Shown one piece after another: positions 1-10,552 of a DNA stretch of 64,000 nt. Location: the NCBI GenBank assembly GCA_977862235.1, contig OZ374559.1, forward strand, positions 744,001 to 808,000, in the 5' to 3' direction. Origin of the DNA: Dudresnaya verticillata. Taxonomy: Eukaryota. Below the pieces are notes generated by a model. It searched no databases, was not told the DNA's origin, and saw only the letters and a program-made list of their open reading frames with translations. The position numbers and the translations under genes are program-made. Position 1 is the stretch's first letter. The number at the start of each line of letters is the position of its first letter.

Positions 1-320
1 CTGCATGTCCTGAGTCTGACTTCTCGACCAGCAGACATTATTTCCAATCTTGGGAGCTCTCTTTTCAAGAAGGGGGCCATTATTCTGAATGGTAATACTT
101 GTGAGACAGGTGCAATTGCTTAGGCGAACTCTCGGCCACAAACTGCGTTGATGACAGAAAGGTTTCCCAAAGCCTTGTTAAGACAACAGGAATACGCATT
201 CGTAGGTTCTGGTTGTGCAACACCGTTTCTTTCCGTGTGAAGATTCAAACTTGCGCCCAAAATCCAGATTAGTGGTCAAGTTCATCTGGCAACAATGTGT
301 ACGGAGAGTTGTCTGATAGT

Positions 321-344
321 TCATCATCATCATCATCATCATCA
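321..344. repeat. (TCA)8 microsatellite, read as the (TGA)n 3' tail of the adjacent minus-strand retroposed fragment
   Basis: tcatcatcatcatcatcatcatca at 321-344, immediately followed by caactttattg (AATAAA on the minus strand). Confidence 0.9.
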
Positions 345-493
345 CAACTTTATTGAAGCAAGACGAACAGCGGAAACCCTAATGACTTAGCCGCTGATAA
401 CTACTGGAAGGCCTGGACTAACGGGACGTCGACGATTCACGGCGAGGGCGGTGAGCTGGAGAATGCGGGAAACCAGTGGTGAAACTAACGATA
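325..493 (-). mobile_element. 5'-truncated non-LTR retrotransposon (LINE/SINE-like) fragment with 9-bp target-site duplication
   Basis: The minus strand reads an open frame ending ...LVSRILQLTALAVNRRRPVSPGLPVVISG*, a short 3' UTR, AATAAA, then (TGA)n. The 9-mer atagttcat flanks it at 316-324 and 494-502. Confidence 0.55.
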
Positions 494-1172
494 ATAGTTC
501 ATTGAAAATACTAATCTCAGCCAGTTTGTCTGCTTACATACCTGTACAAGACAGCGACCTCACTATTGAAGTTCACAGTTTTAGCGACAACTGTGCCAGC
601 AGCAGTTGCAGCACAAAAAGGCCTTGTCCTTTTGCACGTGATCCACTCCAGTTGGACCAACTTTTTTTAATGGTTGCATGTGCGAATGGATGCCGATATT
701 GTTCCTTCACCCATGCCTTCACTCATGCCTTCCCTCGCCTCGAGGGGACCCTTGCAAATGCGCAATTCGGAATGCGAGGATTTTTAGAGCACATACCGTG
801 ACATCCGCTACGTTGCTAGTGGCATGCTGGCGGCTCCAACACGAGTTCTTTCTCGCCTTGTTGATCCTAGCTTGGAGCACTATTGCACAATACGGGGGTA
901 AAATCTGCCAAGTAGGAATGTGCAGCCACGGCACGGCTCCCTCTTGAATGCCAGTGTTTTGTTGCGTTTCTTTTTTCATACGCTTAGAAATGGCGCTATA
1001 GCCTAAGGGCTCTTAAACAGTTTGTTCAGCTCGTTTGATACGTCATTTTCGTATCATGCTTCGGTTTGAGCTTCTTCCAACTCGACGAGATCAGTTCGGA
1101 ATTCACGGTTCGCGTGTGTCTCAGCCCTTGGGAATGTCTCATTCTTGTTGCAAATTGATATTGGGGTTTACT

Positions 1173-1346
1173 TCTAAGCGCTACGCAGAGACGTTAGCCT
1201 ACGTTCTGTAGCTTGAAGCTGAGACGTTAGCCTATGTTCTGTAGCTTGAATCCAAGAAGTTTGACTCTAAGCGTTACACAGAGACGATAGCCTACGTTCT
1301 GTAGCTTGAAGCCAAGACGTTAGCCTATGTTCTGTTGCCTGAAGCC
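1173..1346. repeat. Minisatellite: four ~33-bp units arranged as two higher-order units with a 93-bp period
   Basis: Motif gagacgttagcctaYgttctgtagcttgaagc at about 1188, 1221, 1281 and 1314. Leader tctaagcgYtacRca at 1173 and 1266. Confidence 0.85.
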
Positions 1347-2113
1347 GTTTTTATGTGTAGCTTGTAGCTGTTCCGTTATACTAATTTGAGCACTCGCTCT
1401 CCAGCACTTCCAATGTGGTAGATAAGGGATGGCTGAGACGCGTGAGAAGAGAATGAAGGACATCGACAACAACATCGAGAAGCTATCGCAACATTCTCAC
1501 TTCCCGAATAGGATCAAATTGCTACAACGCGAACCTTGCTGCAACGGGAACCTGTTGGACTACCAGAACGCTGCAGAAACCTTGCGTTCTTGTAGTACTA
1601 GATAGTCGAACTAGAAGAAAACCAGAGTTCGAAGCAACGTCACGCGCCATCTCGGAAAGCAAAATCACCCTTAATGACACTCATATCTTATTTTGTATCT
1701 TTATTCTTGTGTTGCTGCAGTTGTGATCTTGAAAATTTCCTCATGATGACCTGTCTGTGTTTGTTACATACCATATATCTTAGATATTGGAGGTTTGCTG
1801 TTGTACGTCTGTAAAAATCTAGACACAGCTCAAGGTTGCGTTCTGGCTGGCTGTCGTTTCAGCAGGCGTTCATTCCGTGCTGCAATTCTTGTGACTATTT
1901 CCCTGTTCTAAGGTGATGACTGATGTATAGAACTAACTCATGACACAGATTGACTCTGACAAATGACACGACGGGTATCTTTTTCTGAAAAGGGCTGGCA
2001 TCCATCTGCACATTCAACAGCAAGTGTTTGAAAGCTTTGAAAACATTGCTGCCTCGTGTTGTTTGTTTAACTTACTGAACAACGTCTGGGTGAACAATAG
2101 CTGCTGTGGGGAG

Positions 2114-2121
2114 TATAAAAA
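2114..2121 (+). promoter_or_regulatory. Putative TATA box of the knottin-like gene
   Basis: TATAAAAA 115 nt upstream of the ATG at 2229. Confidence 0.5.
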
Positions 2122-2228
2122 GGATATTCCAGATCTCCAAGGCTCACTTCACTCACCAAGACCCCAAGATCTACAAAGACTCTCGATAATCTCTTCCACA
2201 GAGTGCTACCGCAAAAGAAAAAAACGCT

Positions 2229-2621
2229 ATGGTATCCGTTTCCGTTTTTGTTCTATCTGCTGCTCTTGTCGTGGGGTTATTCTCCATCAACACTGCTACG
2301 ACTATGGTCTCAAAAGTCGATGTTCTGAAGCAGTCTGCGTCTTCCCACCAGTCTTGCTCTGCGCCGGGAGGCTTTTGCGGACAGTATGGAATCACTTGCT
2401 GCTCTGGAGGCTGCTCAAAGAACAAATGTCCGACGTACAAAACCCCTACTCCTCGCCCGTGCTCTACAAGCACATGCTCATCTGGGACGTCTTGCTGCCG
2501 TGGATATATCTGTTTGAGCTCTCGTTGTGTGAGGTGCAGTACATCGTTTTGCAGTACCAGTCGCCCGTGCTGCTGTGGCCGCACATGCTATGCTCGTCGC
2601 TGCAGGCCCTCTACCTGTTAA
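2229..2621 (+). CDS. Secreted cysteine-rich protein (130 aa) with three tandem knottin/ICK-like modules
   Basis: Hydrophobic N-terminal signal peptide (MVSVSVFVLSAALVVGLFSINTA). 20 Cys arranged as C-x6-C-x6-CC-x3-C-x4-C, C-x4-C-x5-CC-x4-C-x4-C and a third 8-Cys variant. PTPRP linker, upstream TATA box, only one acidic residue. Confidence 0.8.
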   Translation: MVSVSVFVLSAALVVGLFSINTATTMVSKVDVLKQSASSHQSCSAPGGFCGQYGITCCSGGCSKNKCPTYKTPTPRPCSTSTCSSGTSCCRGYICLSSRCVRCSTSFCSTSRPCCCGRTCYARRCRPSTC

Positions 2622-2962
2622 GAAGGTTTGTAATGATGCAACGATACCTGCAAAAACATTTTAGCCCCCTTTGTAGTTCTGAGTTACAAGCAGTAGACTT
2701 GGTGCATTTCAGCATTTGACGACTCCCTCTTCGCATCAATATTATGCCAGCAAATATGAGCTGCTAACAATATACGAAGTTGTACGTAGATAAACTCCGC
2801 AAAATGACCGAACCTGTTTCTTTTCTTGCCGACTTGTTGCTCTTTCGAGTACGTTAATCTCAGTCTAGAAACAAGGGACAAAAGCCTGAGAGATCAACTC
2901 CCGGGCCCAGGAGCAGGGACTGAGTATATAACATTCTTGAACGTTGTGACGTTTCGCGGGTG

Positions 2963-3249
2963 CTGTGAAGATCCGCGCTTGCACAAAATAAAGAGACTTG
3001 CACGCTAACGCTCCGCAAACGCAATCGCTCGCACAATAAGAACCTCAACACCTCGGCGCTGCAATCGCGCGTCGCGCGCCCGAGGTCAGTTTACTGGCCG
3101 CCGCAATGGGACGGGGTTGCCAGCGGCAGGCCCCTGCCATGCCGCTCGGACTCGGGCATCGTGCCCCAGAGTCCAGGCTCTCTGTTCATGCTCCTATTCG
3201 GCGTCACGACTTGGACAGACGACCTTAAGGTAGTTGGTCTTGTTCTTCG
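2963..3249 (-). repeat. Inverted repeat A, left copy (~290 bp, diverged)
   Basis: Its reverse complement aligns to ~4016-4305 (e.g. gatccgcgcttgcacaaa vs tttgtgcaagcgcggatc; both copies translate to ...RTRPTTLR...EPGLWGTMPE.ERHGRG). Ends approximate. Confidence 0.85.
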
Positions 3250-3656
3250 TTCCGCGTTGTCCTCTTCTGACAGACGGTCCCCGGACTCCCCCTTGATCAA
3301 GAGCCTATTGCATCGCCTTCCACGCTTGTGGCCCATGGAACAGGGCGTCCCTTTCACTTTACAGCGCTAAGTAACAGCCCACAGTATTTGTCCAAACTGT
3401 TGACGAGGAGATGAGGTGCTGGTCGTCACAGTGCCCCACGAACCACATTGCGATAATGAGTGTGGTTTGGTTAAGGAAATGCTCAGCTCTGAATGGAATC
3501 GCCTCCAAGCTTGATGGAGAGCGTTTGGACCACTGAGCAGCAGAACGATCAACACGTGATAGAAACGATTCTTGGCCGTTGTGCGACGCGAAGAGCGACA
3601 GTAGACGCGCTGAGAGACGCGCTGAACAAAAGTTGCCCTAGCCAGTGCCACTCTTT

Positions 3657-3797
3657 CCCACCTCACCTCTCTTGTACTTCAATCTGTCGCGGTGGCTGTT
3701 AACCGCCGTTTACTCTTCGACCGTCGCCTTTCAGATGAGTTTTAGGTAAGCCCCCTTGCGGGGCTGTAGTCTTTCCTATGCATAAAGGTCTCCATCT
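3657..3797 (+). repeat. Inverted repeat B, left copy (~140 bp, with an extra GC-rich hairpin)
   Basis: cccacctc...gtcgcggtggctg...tactcttcgaccgtcgcc...tagtctttcctatgcataaagg is the reverse complement of 6971-7087, except for an extra ~24 nt containing agcccc-cttgc-ggggct. Confidence 0.85.
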
Positions 3798-4015
3798 TCT
3801 GTTTCCATTTCGCGATTACTGCTTGCAACGCTTCATCGAACTCGTCTTGAGCCCCATGCACGCTAGCATCTACGTAATGCTAAGCGTACAACGCCAACGG
3901 AACACTCACTGCAAGCATTACCACAGCTTAAAGACATCGAATCTCTCGTTTCCCTAGCATACTCCCCTCTTCCCAGCCGAGATAGTAGTTTTGGGTCCTT
4001 CCATTATCACGCGAC

Positions 4016-4305
4016 GAAGAAGAACAAGACCAACTACCTTAAGGTGGTCTCTGGAGGTCGCTACGCCGAACGGGAGCATCAACACAGAGCCTGGACTCTG
4101 GGGCACGATGCCGGAGCCCGAGCGGCACGGCCGTGGCCCGTCCGCTGAAAACGCCGTCCCATTGCGGCGGGCAGTAAACTCAAGTCGGGCGCGTGAGGCG
4201 CGATTGCAGCGCCGAGGTGTTGCCGTTCTTCCTGCGCGAGCGATTGCGTTCGCGGAGCGTTAGCGTGCGAATTCCTTTGCTTTGTGCAAGCGCGGATCGT
4301 CACAG
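4016..4305 (+). repeat. Inverted repeat A, right copy
   Basis: Reverse-complement similarity to 2963-3249. Confidence 0.85.
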
Positions 4306-5866
4306 TTCTCGATATCTTTGGGGCGTTCGCAAACGGGCGCGCAGAACGCAAAATTGTAGCACCCCAACCAGCGGCAAGTGCCTACGACAAAGGGGCATTA
4401 TACGATCCATAGTTTGTTCAAGACTCTATGGAAATGTTGAAGCAGCCCAAGTACGAGATGTAGCAGATGTATCGACACTCAATCAAGTGTTCACAAGTTA
4501 AGTTCTAAGTCAGTCTATGATCTCCCTCAAATTCCTGTACCTGTCAGGATATAAATCATTTATGATCGCTGTGTCCTATTAACGGATACCAGCGCAAGTG
4601 GCTCAATGGCATTTTTCCGTTGATGGTACCGTGGGTGCTAAGCCATAATGTGGAGCCGGCAAACCTTACCCATTCAGCTGCGACTCTGATGCACTACTGG
4701 AGAGAGATGGGGACCTTTATGGTAGGACATCCTATCCAACAAAAATCGAACAACTATGATATTATTTTATTGAAGAAGGATACATGACGAATCCAACGCT
4801 TGTAGTATCAATGGAAGCTTTCGAAAACCAATATTGCAGCGAGGCGATAAACGTCTGTCAAGTTTATGACATGAAGGACTTGGGAATTATCTATAAGCAA
4901 GGACCTTGGCCAGATGCAGCCTGTCCACTAAATCTTGTTGTAATCGTTGTTCTGTTCTGCTATTCAGATGTGATTGAATCGGAATGCGAGCAATTGTACA
5001 ATACGCTCACTCCAGCTTTCTTGGACCCGTGCCCAAATTCTGTTCTTCTGCTGGACGCATGTTGTACCATCTGCTTCTCGATACACTACAGAATGAATGC
5101 AAGCGAGAATTTTCGACTACAGCGATAGTGACGATATCTCAACTGCCTTTGCGAAGAACTCAACAAAGCAACAGAATAATTGCACCCATCAGAAGATACA
5201 AATAGATACGGTCGCGTAAAGAATAACGATTCCATGTTCGAACAAGTACGTTAGGTATAAAGTCATCTGTATTCTCTGTATTCGTTGCTTCCAATTGTGT
5301 CCACACAAGCAGTATTTTACTCCAAAGCAGCAGTGATACTGTGCATCAGTGATACACAATGGTAGCACCAAGATACTTCCAGGCAGGAATATTCTAAAAG
5401 GCCATTGTACAGAAACAGTATGCATGCCACATATTCGAGTGTTAATCTTTGTGAAGTTGTATCACTAGAGAGAAGAGGGATCGTTATGCGAAACACCAGA
5501 AAGACAACGAGGTGGAAACGAGAACGACGATGGTACAGTATTTGAAAAGCATAATAAGAATATTGTGGGGAGATTGTGGGCCTGTCTGTATCCTTGTCAC
5601 TGAAGCTCGGGTGGATGTATAGAGATAGACCCAGATCTGTCTACTGGAGTCCAGGAAATCAAGCGCTGGGATTGCAGAGATGGGTAGCAACTCTCAATGG
5701 ATTCGAATGTGTGTCCCTTTAACCATTTCCTTTGCTGAAAAGGTGCAGAGAGACACCTTCTCTCGCCATTGCACAACAAGCAAGTATCGCGCAAAGAGTA
5801 TAATCTCCTTGCCAACTTTCTTAGCAGTGTTCCTCTATCACACTTGACAGACAGTTTTATCTTTTC

Positions 5867-6832
5867 ATGGAACAACAAGGCAACCATATCAATCCGACTA
5901 AGACGGATCCCTTCCCCCCGCCTCCGAATACAACTGGCTCGTTGGCAGACCACGCCCCTCGGTCACCAGAATTTCCGATCCCACTACATGTAGGTCATGA
6001 TGCATCCTCGGAAGAAGTTCATGCCGACGACAGAGGAGCCGAATTACAGGACGTAATACTATCGCTAGAAGATGGACCGGATTTCGAGGACTCATCTGAT
6101 GATATACCATTTGTTGCACTTAACGATGGCATCGCCGACCCTGTTCCGGACGATAATTCTGCTATGCAGCGCAGCACTATTGAAGGGCATTCTATTAGCG
6201 AAATTGCCTTTGGAAATGTAACTAAAGATGTGCCGAAACCTTTTGCTATTCGGTTCCATCACGCAATAGAAGAGTTCCTGAAGTATCGGGATGACGGAAG
6301 CGAGTACGAAAACGTTGCCAAAACTATTCAGGCTGCCGGGTATCTTCTGGCGCTATACCGGAAGGTGCCAGACGCACGCAGGAAATCTCACGGTTTCAGT
6401 GAGGTGCTGCAGGGCTTTGGGAACATTGCAATGCATATATTTATAGTATCCAGAAAGGCCGAAGGCTTTTTAGACAAATTGGTCGGTGTTAAGAAAGATG
6501 AGAGTGACAGAAATGATGATAACAATAATAATACCAACGGCGATGGTGATGAGAACAATGGATGTGATAGTAATGCCAAGTGTCGTGAAAGAACGTCCCA
6601 TTCAATTGAGGTAATCACTGCCGTGAATGACTGGTTGACGACGAGTGGGCTGAAGACCGATGCATCTATAGAAAATAACGAGACAAACACCGCCATTCTA
6701 AAGAGGGTGGTTAGAGAGCACATGAATAGAGCGCGAGGGCTTTTATTGGATGGCGCTACTCCCGAGGAAATATCCTCCTTCGACAAGATCTTCAAGGAAA
6801 TGAACTCGGAGTTGGACGCGGCTACGGAATAG
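5867..6832 (+). CDS. Hypothetical protein (321 aa): acidic, Pro-rich N-terminus, helical-looking C-terminal part, D/N-rich loop
   Basis: 966-bp ATG-initiated ORF in moderate-GC DNA where chance ORFs are much shorter. Protein-like composition; no recognisable motif. Confidence 0.65.
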   Translation: MEQQGNHINPTKTDPFPPPPNTTGSLADHAPRSPEFPIPLHVGHDASSEEVHADDRGAELQDVILSLEDGPDFEDSSDDIPFVALNDGIADPVPDDNSAMQRSTIEGHSISEIAFGNVTKDVPKPFAIRFHHAIEEFLKYRDDGSEYENVAKTIQAAGYLLALYRKVPDARRKSHGFSEVLQGFGNIAMHIFIVSRKAEGFLDKLVGVKKDESDRNDDNNNNTNGDGDENNGCDSNAKCRERTSHSIEVITAVNDWLTTSGLKTDASIENNETNTAILKRVVREHMNRARGLLLDGATPEEISSFDKIFKEMNSELDAATE

Positions 6833-6970
6833 GAAGGGTTCAGTCAGTCAGGCATTGAATCATGAGCTGCTGATAGTACGCCATGGCGCGCGGCGTGTGG
6901 TACGAATGCTTCATTTCGAGGTCCTTGGCGGAACAAGCTGTCTCCTCGTAGGTCGCCGGGTGTCTAAAAG

Positions 6971-7087
6971 AGATGGGGGCCTTTATGCATAGGAAAGACT
7001 ATATTTCATGTGAGGGGCGACGGTCGAAGAGTATACGGCGGTTATCAGCCACCGCGACAGATTCAAGTACGAGAGAGGGGAGGTGGG
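6971..7087 (-). repeat. Inverted repeat B, right copy
   Basis: Reverse complement of 3657-3797 without the hairpin insert. Confidence 0.85.
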
Positions 7088-8177
7088 TTAGAAGAGAGAG
7101 CTTGTAGGCTATCGGCGAAGTACCCTTCTTGGTGGCTAGGAAATTCGTCTCTCCAGGCCATCGCGTTTCGAGAAGCCGTCAAGGTTCCTCAATTGCTTTT
7201 TAACGCAACCATCTCTTACCAAACAGAAAGTAACTGGGTTTATTAAATGGAGGCCACGACTGAAGTATCATCCCACGAAGAAAGGGACGTTAATCTATGG
7301 AGGTATGAATGTTGTTACAGGGTGATATGGAATGCATGTGGATGGAATGCAAAACGTGTTTAGACAAATCGCGAACCCTATCGGTTGCATGTCTTTGTTC
7401 ATTCAGATCCTAGCTTTTCGTCCCGACCTCAAGCTCTTGATATTTCGCTCATGAGCTCGAACTCCTTCCGTAATTGTACTAGCCGTATCTCTGGCGTATG
7501 TTACACACGCACTGACCAGGCCATTGCGTTTCGAGAACCCCGCCAAGCTTTGAGCTTTGACGTTGTCTTGCTATTTCTTCGTTGCTTCAATTCGATCTCC
7601 ACGCGATGGTAATAGACGTCTGTGCATTGCGCACTGCTCCGAATCTGGCATGTACAAAGAGGCCAACTTTCTTGCATCTGCAAAAAGGGACATCCCCACT
7701 TGTAGTCGGATCGGTCAGCGGATGCAATTCATGCCCCTCGAACAGGCTGAGAAAGCTGCGAGCACTCGTTAGAATCCCTGCCACCACTCGTAGTGCCGCA
7801 GTTGTAAAGTGATGATTGTTTCCCCCTTATGAACAAAGATATCGGTGTGGCCAAACTACCTACAGTGACGGCATACACGATTGAGGCTGGCTCAAGGTTT
7901 CTATCTGGGGCCACACTGGCACTGGCATCATTTCTTCTGGCAAGCACGGTCGACGGGGTGAGATGCGACTTTCGTTGGATCTCTGTGCCATGAGGAATGA
8001 CATGAATCATAGCCTGCCAATATGCGCCTTCACATGCTTGGACAACCAAACGGGCATAGCAGTTGGGCCTACTTGCCACCCAAAGGTTGCAAAGGAAAGA
8101 GACCTTGTTTGTTTCTTTTTGCCTCCCGATGTACAGACCAACAGCTATAGCTACAACAGCACCCACTGCAACTTGCG

Positions 8178-10552
8178 CTACTTGCACATTTCCGCGGCCT
8201 TTCCGGAGGAGGTCCCTTTGGCGCACGCTCGACAAATGTTGTCGTCTACACCGGCAAAGAAGCCCGGGCGGCACTTGACGCACTTTCCGCCGTCGAGCCC
8301 TCTGCCGATAGCAAAAGCTCCTTTGCAAGAGCATTTGCTGCCCCTTGAGCTGCTTTGCACAAGCCCGTTGCTACACTTGGTACAGGTTGTAGCCGTGCCT
8401 CCTGCACTGACTTGGGTCGTTAGGCAGTCTTTGCACTTTCCTCTTGCGAGAAACTGGCCCGGTGCACACCGAGGAGGATCGGCAGCGCCGGCGTCGTCGT
8501 CGTCGTCGTTGTCGTCATCGCTAGTGGTGACAAACTGTGCCGGCGTGGACTTTCTCATCCACGCAATGAAGAAGGACACTCGTGAATAGACGCTCGGAAA
8601 CTTCCAATCTCCGCAACCTACGCCGAATGAGCTGACACCCAGGACGACGGGTTTGCCGTCGATGTACTGAATCAACGGCCCTCCGCTATCTCCTTGGCTG
8701 CGAAGTCGAACATAGCGACAAGAAGCGCAAAGGGACAAGGAAGAAGACGCGTCAGCTCTCAAGCAGAAGGAAGCAAAAGAAAAGGGCGCTTGGGCGCAAA
8801 GGAAAGTGCCGTCGCGCAGCACTCAACTTACCATGTGCCGCAGCCACCACGCGGGAGAGAGCCCGCGCAAAGCTGACCCGACTCGAAGATGGGACTCGGA
8901 TCCAACGTCTCCTGGTACACCTTGTTGCAATCCCTGTGCGGCACGACTCGCAGGTCGACCTGGCGCAGCTCTGCGTCGGAAGAATCGTCCGCAGAGCCGG
9001 TGCGTCCATAGCCCAGCGCGCGCACAACCGACGCATCGGCGGGGCGCGCGCGGTCGGCGTTGAGCGTCGCAAAGCGCGCGTCGCGCGGCGCGTCGGCGTC
9101 GAGCTGGCACAGCGCGACGTCGTAGCGAAAGTCGCGGCGCGCCGCGTCGAAGCGCGGGTGCGCGAACACGGCGGCCACGCGGATGCGCGCGGACTCGCGC
9201 GTGGGGCGCGCCGCGCCCACGATGGCCACCCAGCCCGGCGCGACGGCGCAGTGCGCGGCCGTCACGACCCAGCGCGCAGACAGCAGCGCGCCCGAGCACA
9301 GCCCCTGCAGCTTGGGCGACGTCAGCGCCACCGCGTAGCGCCGCAGCGCCGGCGCGGCCGGCAGCCCGCCGGCGATGCGCGCGGCTGTCGGGGCGGATAC
9401 GCCGCGCGCGGAGGCGTTCCGCGGTGGCGTTGTTGTTGTTGCCGCGGTTGCCGCGGTTGCCGCGGTGAACGCGTTCGGCACGTCGCGGCGGAGGAGCACG
9501 GGGCAGGGCGCGTCCGCGTCGACGGCCGTGACGCCGACAAACGCGGCGCGCGCGCGCAGCGAGACGCAGAGCGGCTGCTGGAAGACAAAGGTGCGCGCGC
9601 AGACGTCCTCGCGGTCGCACGCGGCGCTGTCCGCGCAGAACGCGACGCGGGCGGGCAGACACGCGCACGGCTCGGCGCGGCGCGGCGCGCACGGCGCGAA
9701 CGCGGCGCCCACGCGGAAGCAGCGGCGCGGCGCGGCGCAGTGCGCGTCGGAGGCGCACGGGTCGAGCGTGCGGCCGCGCGGCCGCGGCCGCAGCGCGGTG
9801 GCGCGCACGGACAGCCGCCACCGCGCCGCGCGCCGCGACGCGCACGTCGGGTACGCCGCCACCGGCGTGTTTGCGCACGTCTCGCCCGCGCGCGCGCACT
9901 GCGCCGGCGCGAAGCAGAACGGCAGGCGCGCCGGCGCGCAGAAGCACGCGCCCGCGCCCGCGCCCGCCGCGCACGGCGCCGCCTTCCCGCCGCGCCGCAG
10001 CGTCGTGCAGCGGCGCGGCGGCGCGCAGTGCGCGTCGCGCGAGCACGCGTCCAGCGTGCGGCCGCGGCCGCGGCCGCGCGGGCGCAGCGCGGCCGCGCGC
10101 AGCGGCGCCAGCAGCGAGAGGCGCGCCGCGGCCGCGCGCGACGCGCACACGGGCGCGAGCGAGCGCGCCGAGTCTGCGCAGACGGCCGGTGCGCGGCACG
10201 GCGCGGCGCGCGGGTGGCACGCGGCGCGGCCGACCGGCTGGCAGAAGCACGCGGCGGACGCGGACGCGGCGCGGCAGCGCTGCGCGGACAGCGTCGCGCA
10301 GCGCAGCGGCGGCGCGCACGGCGCGGAGGCGGCGCCGCCGGCGCAGCGGTCGAACGCGAGCAGCGCCGCGCCGGCGGCGGCGCGGCCACCGCGCGCGCGC
10401 GGGAGCGGCGGCGGCGCGGCGGTCGGCGGCGACGGGCGCGGCGCGCGGAGGCTGCGCAGCGGGTGGGGCGCGCGCGGCGCGGCGGCCGCGACGAGCGCGA
10501 CGAGCGCGACGAGCGCGACGAGCGCGGGGAGGAGGCGCGCGAGCGCGGGCAT
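8178..10552 (-). CDS. Secreted modular S1 (trypsin/chymotrypsin-fold) serine protease, 746 aa, two exons: join(10552..8832, 8697..8178)
   Basis: ATG at 10552 (MPALARLLPALVALVALVALVAAAA signal peptide), three Cys-rich N-terminal repeats, activation site R|IAGG, His motif WVVTAAHC, Asp motif YDVALCQL. Splicing joins TG+C to give GTCQGDSGGP, followed by VLGVSSFGVGCG and PSVYSRVS, then a C-terminal CxxC-rich tail. Exons 1721+520 = 2241 nt, in frame to TAG. Confidence 0.92.
8698..8831 (-). other. 134-bp spliceosomal intron of the protease gene
   Basis: Minus strand ACATG|GTAAGT donor, CTGAC branch-like motif (~8751-8755), pyrimidine-rich interior, TTCGCAG|CCAAGGA acceptor. Removing it restores the catalytic Ser motif. 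Confidence 0.92.

Noticed and set aside
1173..1346. CRISPR-like array
   Set aside because: The repeats are directly adjacent or separated by a repeated leader, there are no unique spacers or cas genes, and the context is eukaryotic.
2024..2719. 231-aa plus-strand ORF and 137-aa minus-strand ORF overlapping the knottin-like gene
   Set aside because: Alternative frames without coherent features. The 130-aa frame has the signal peptide, regular Cys pattern and TATA box.
4610..4790. Possible decayed second protease (WVLS...HP...YDIILLK in one frame)
   Set aside because: No AAHC or GDSGG motif and the spacing is short; likely coincidence.
7153..7537. 22-bp imperfect direct repeat ccaggccatYgcgtttcgagaa at 7153 and 7516
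   Set aside because: Real but isolated; no element structure was found between the copies.
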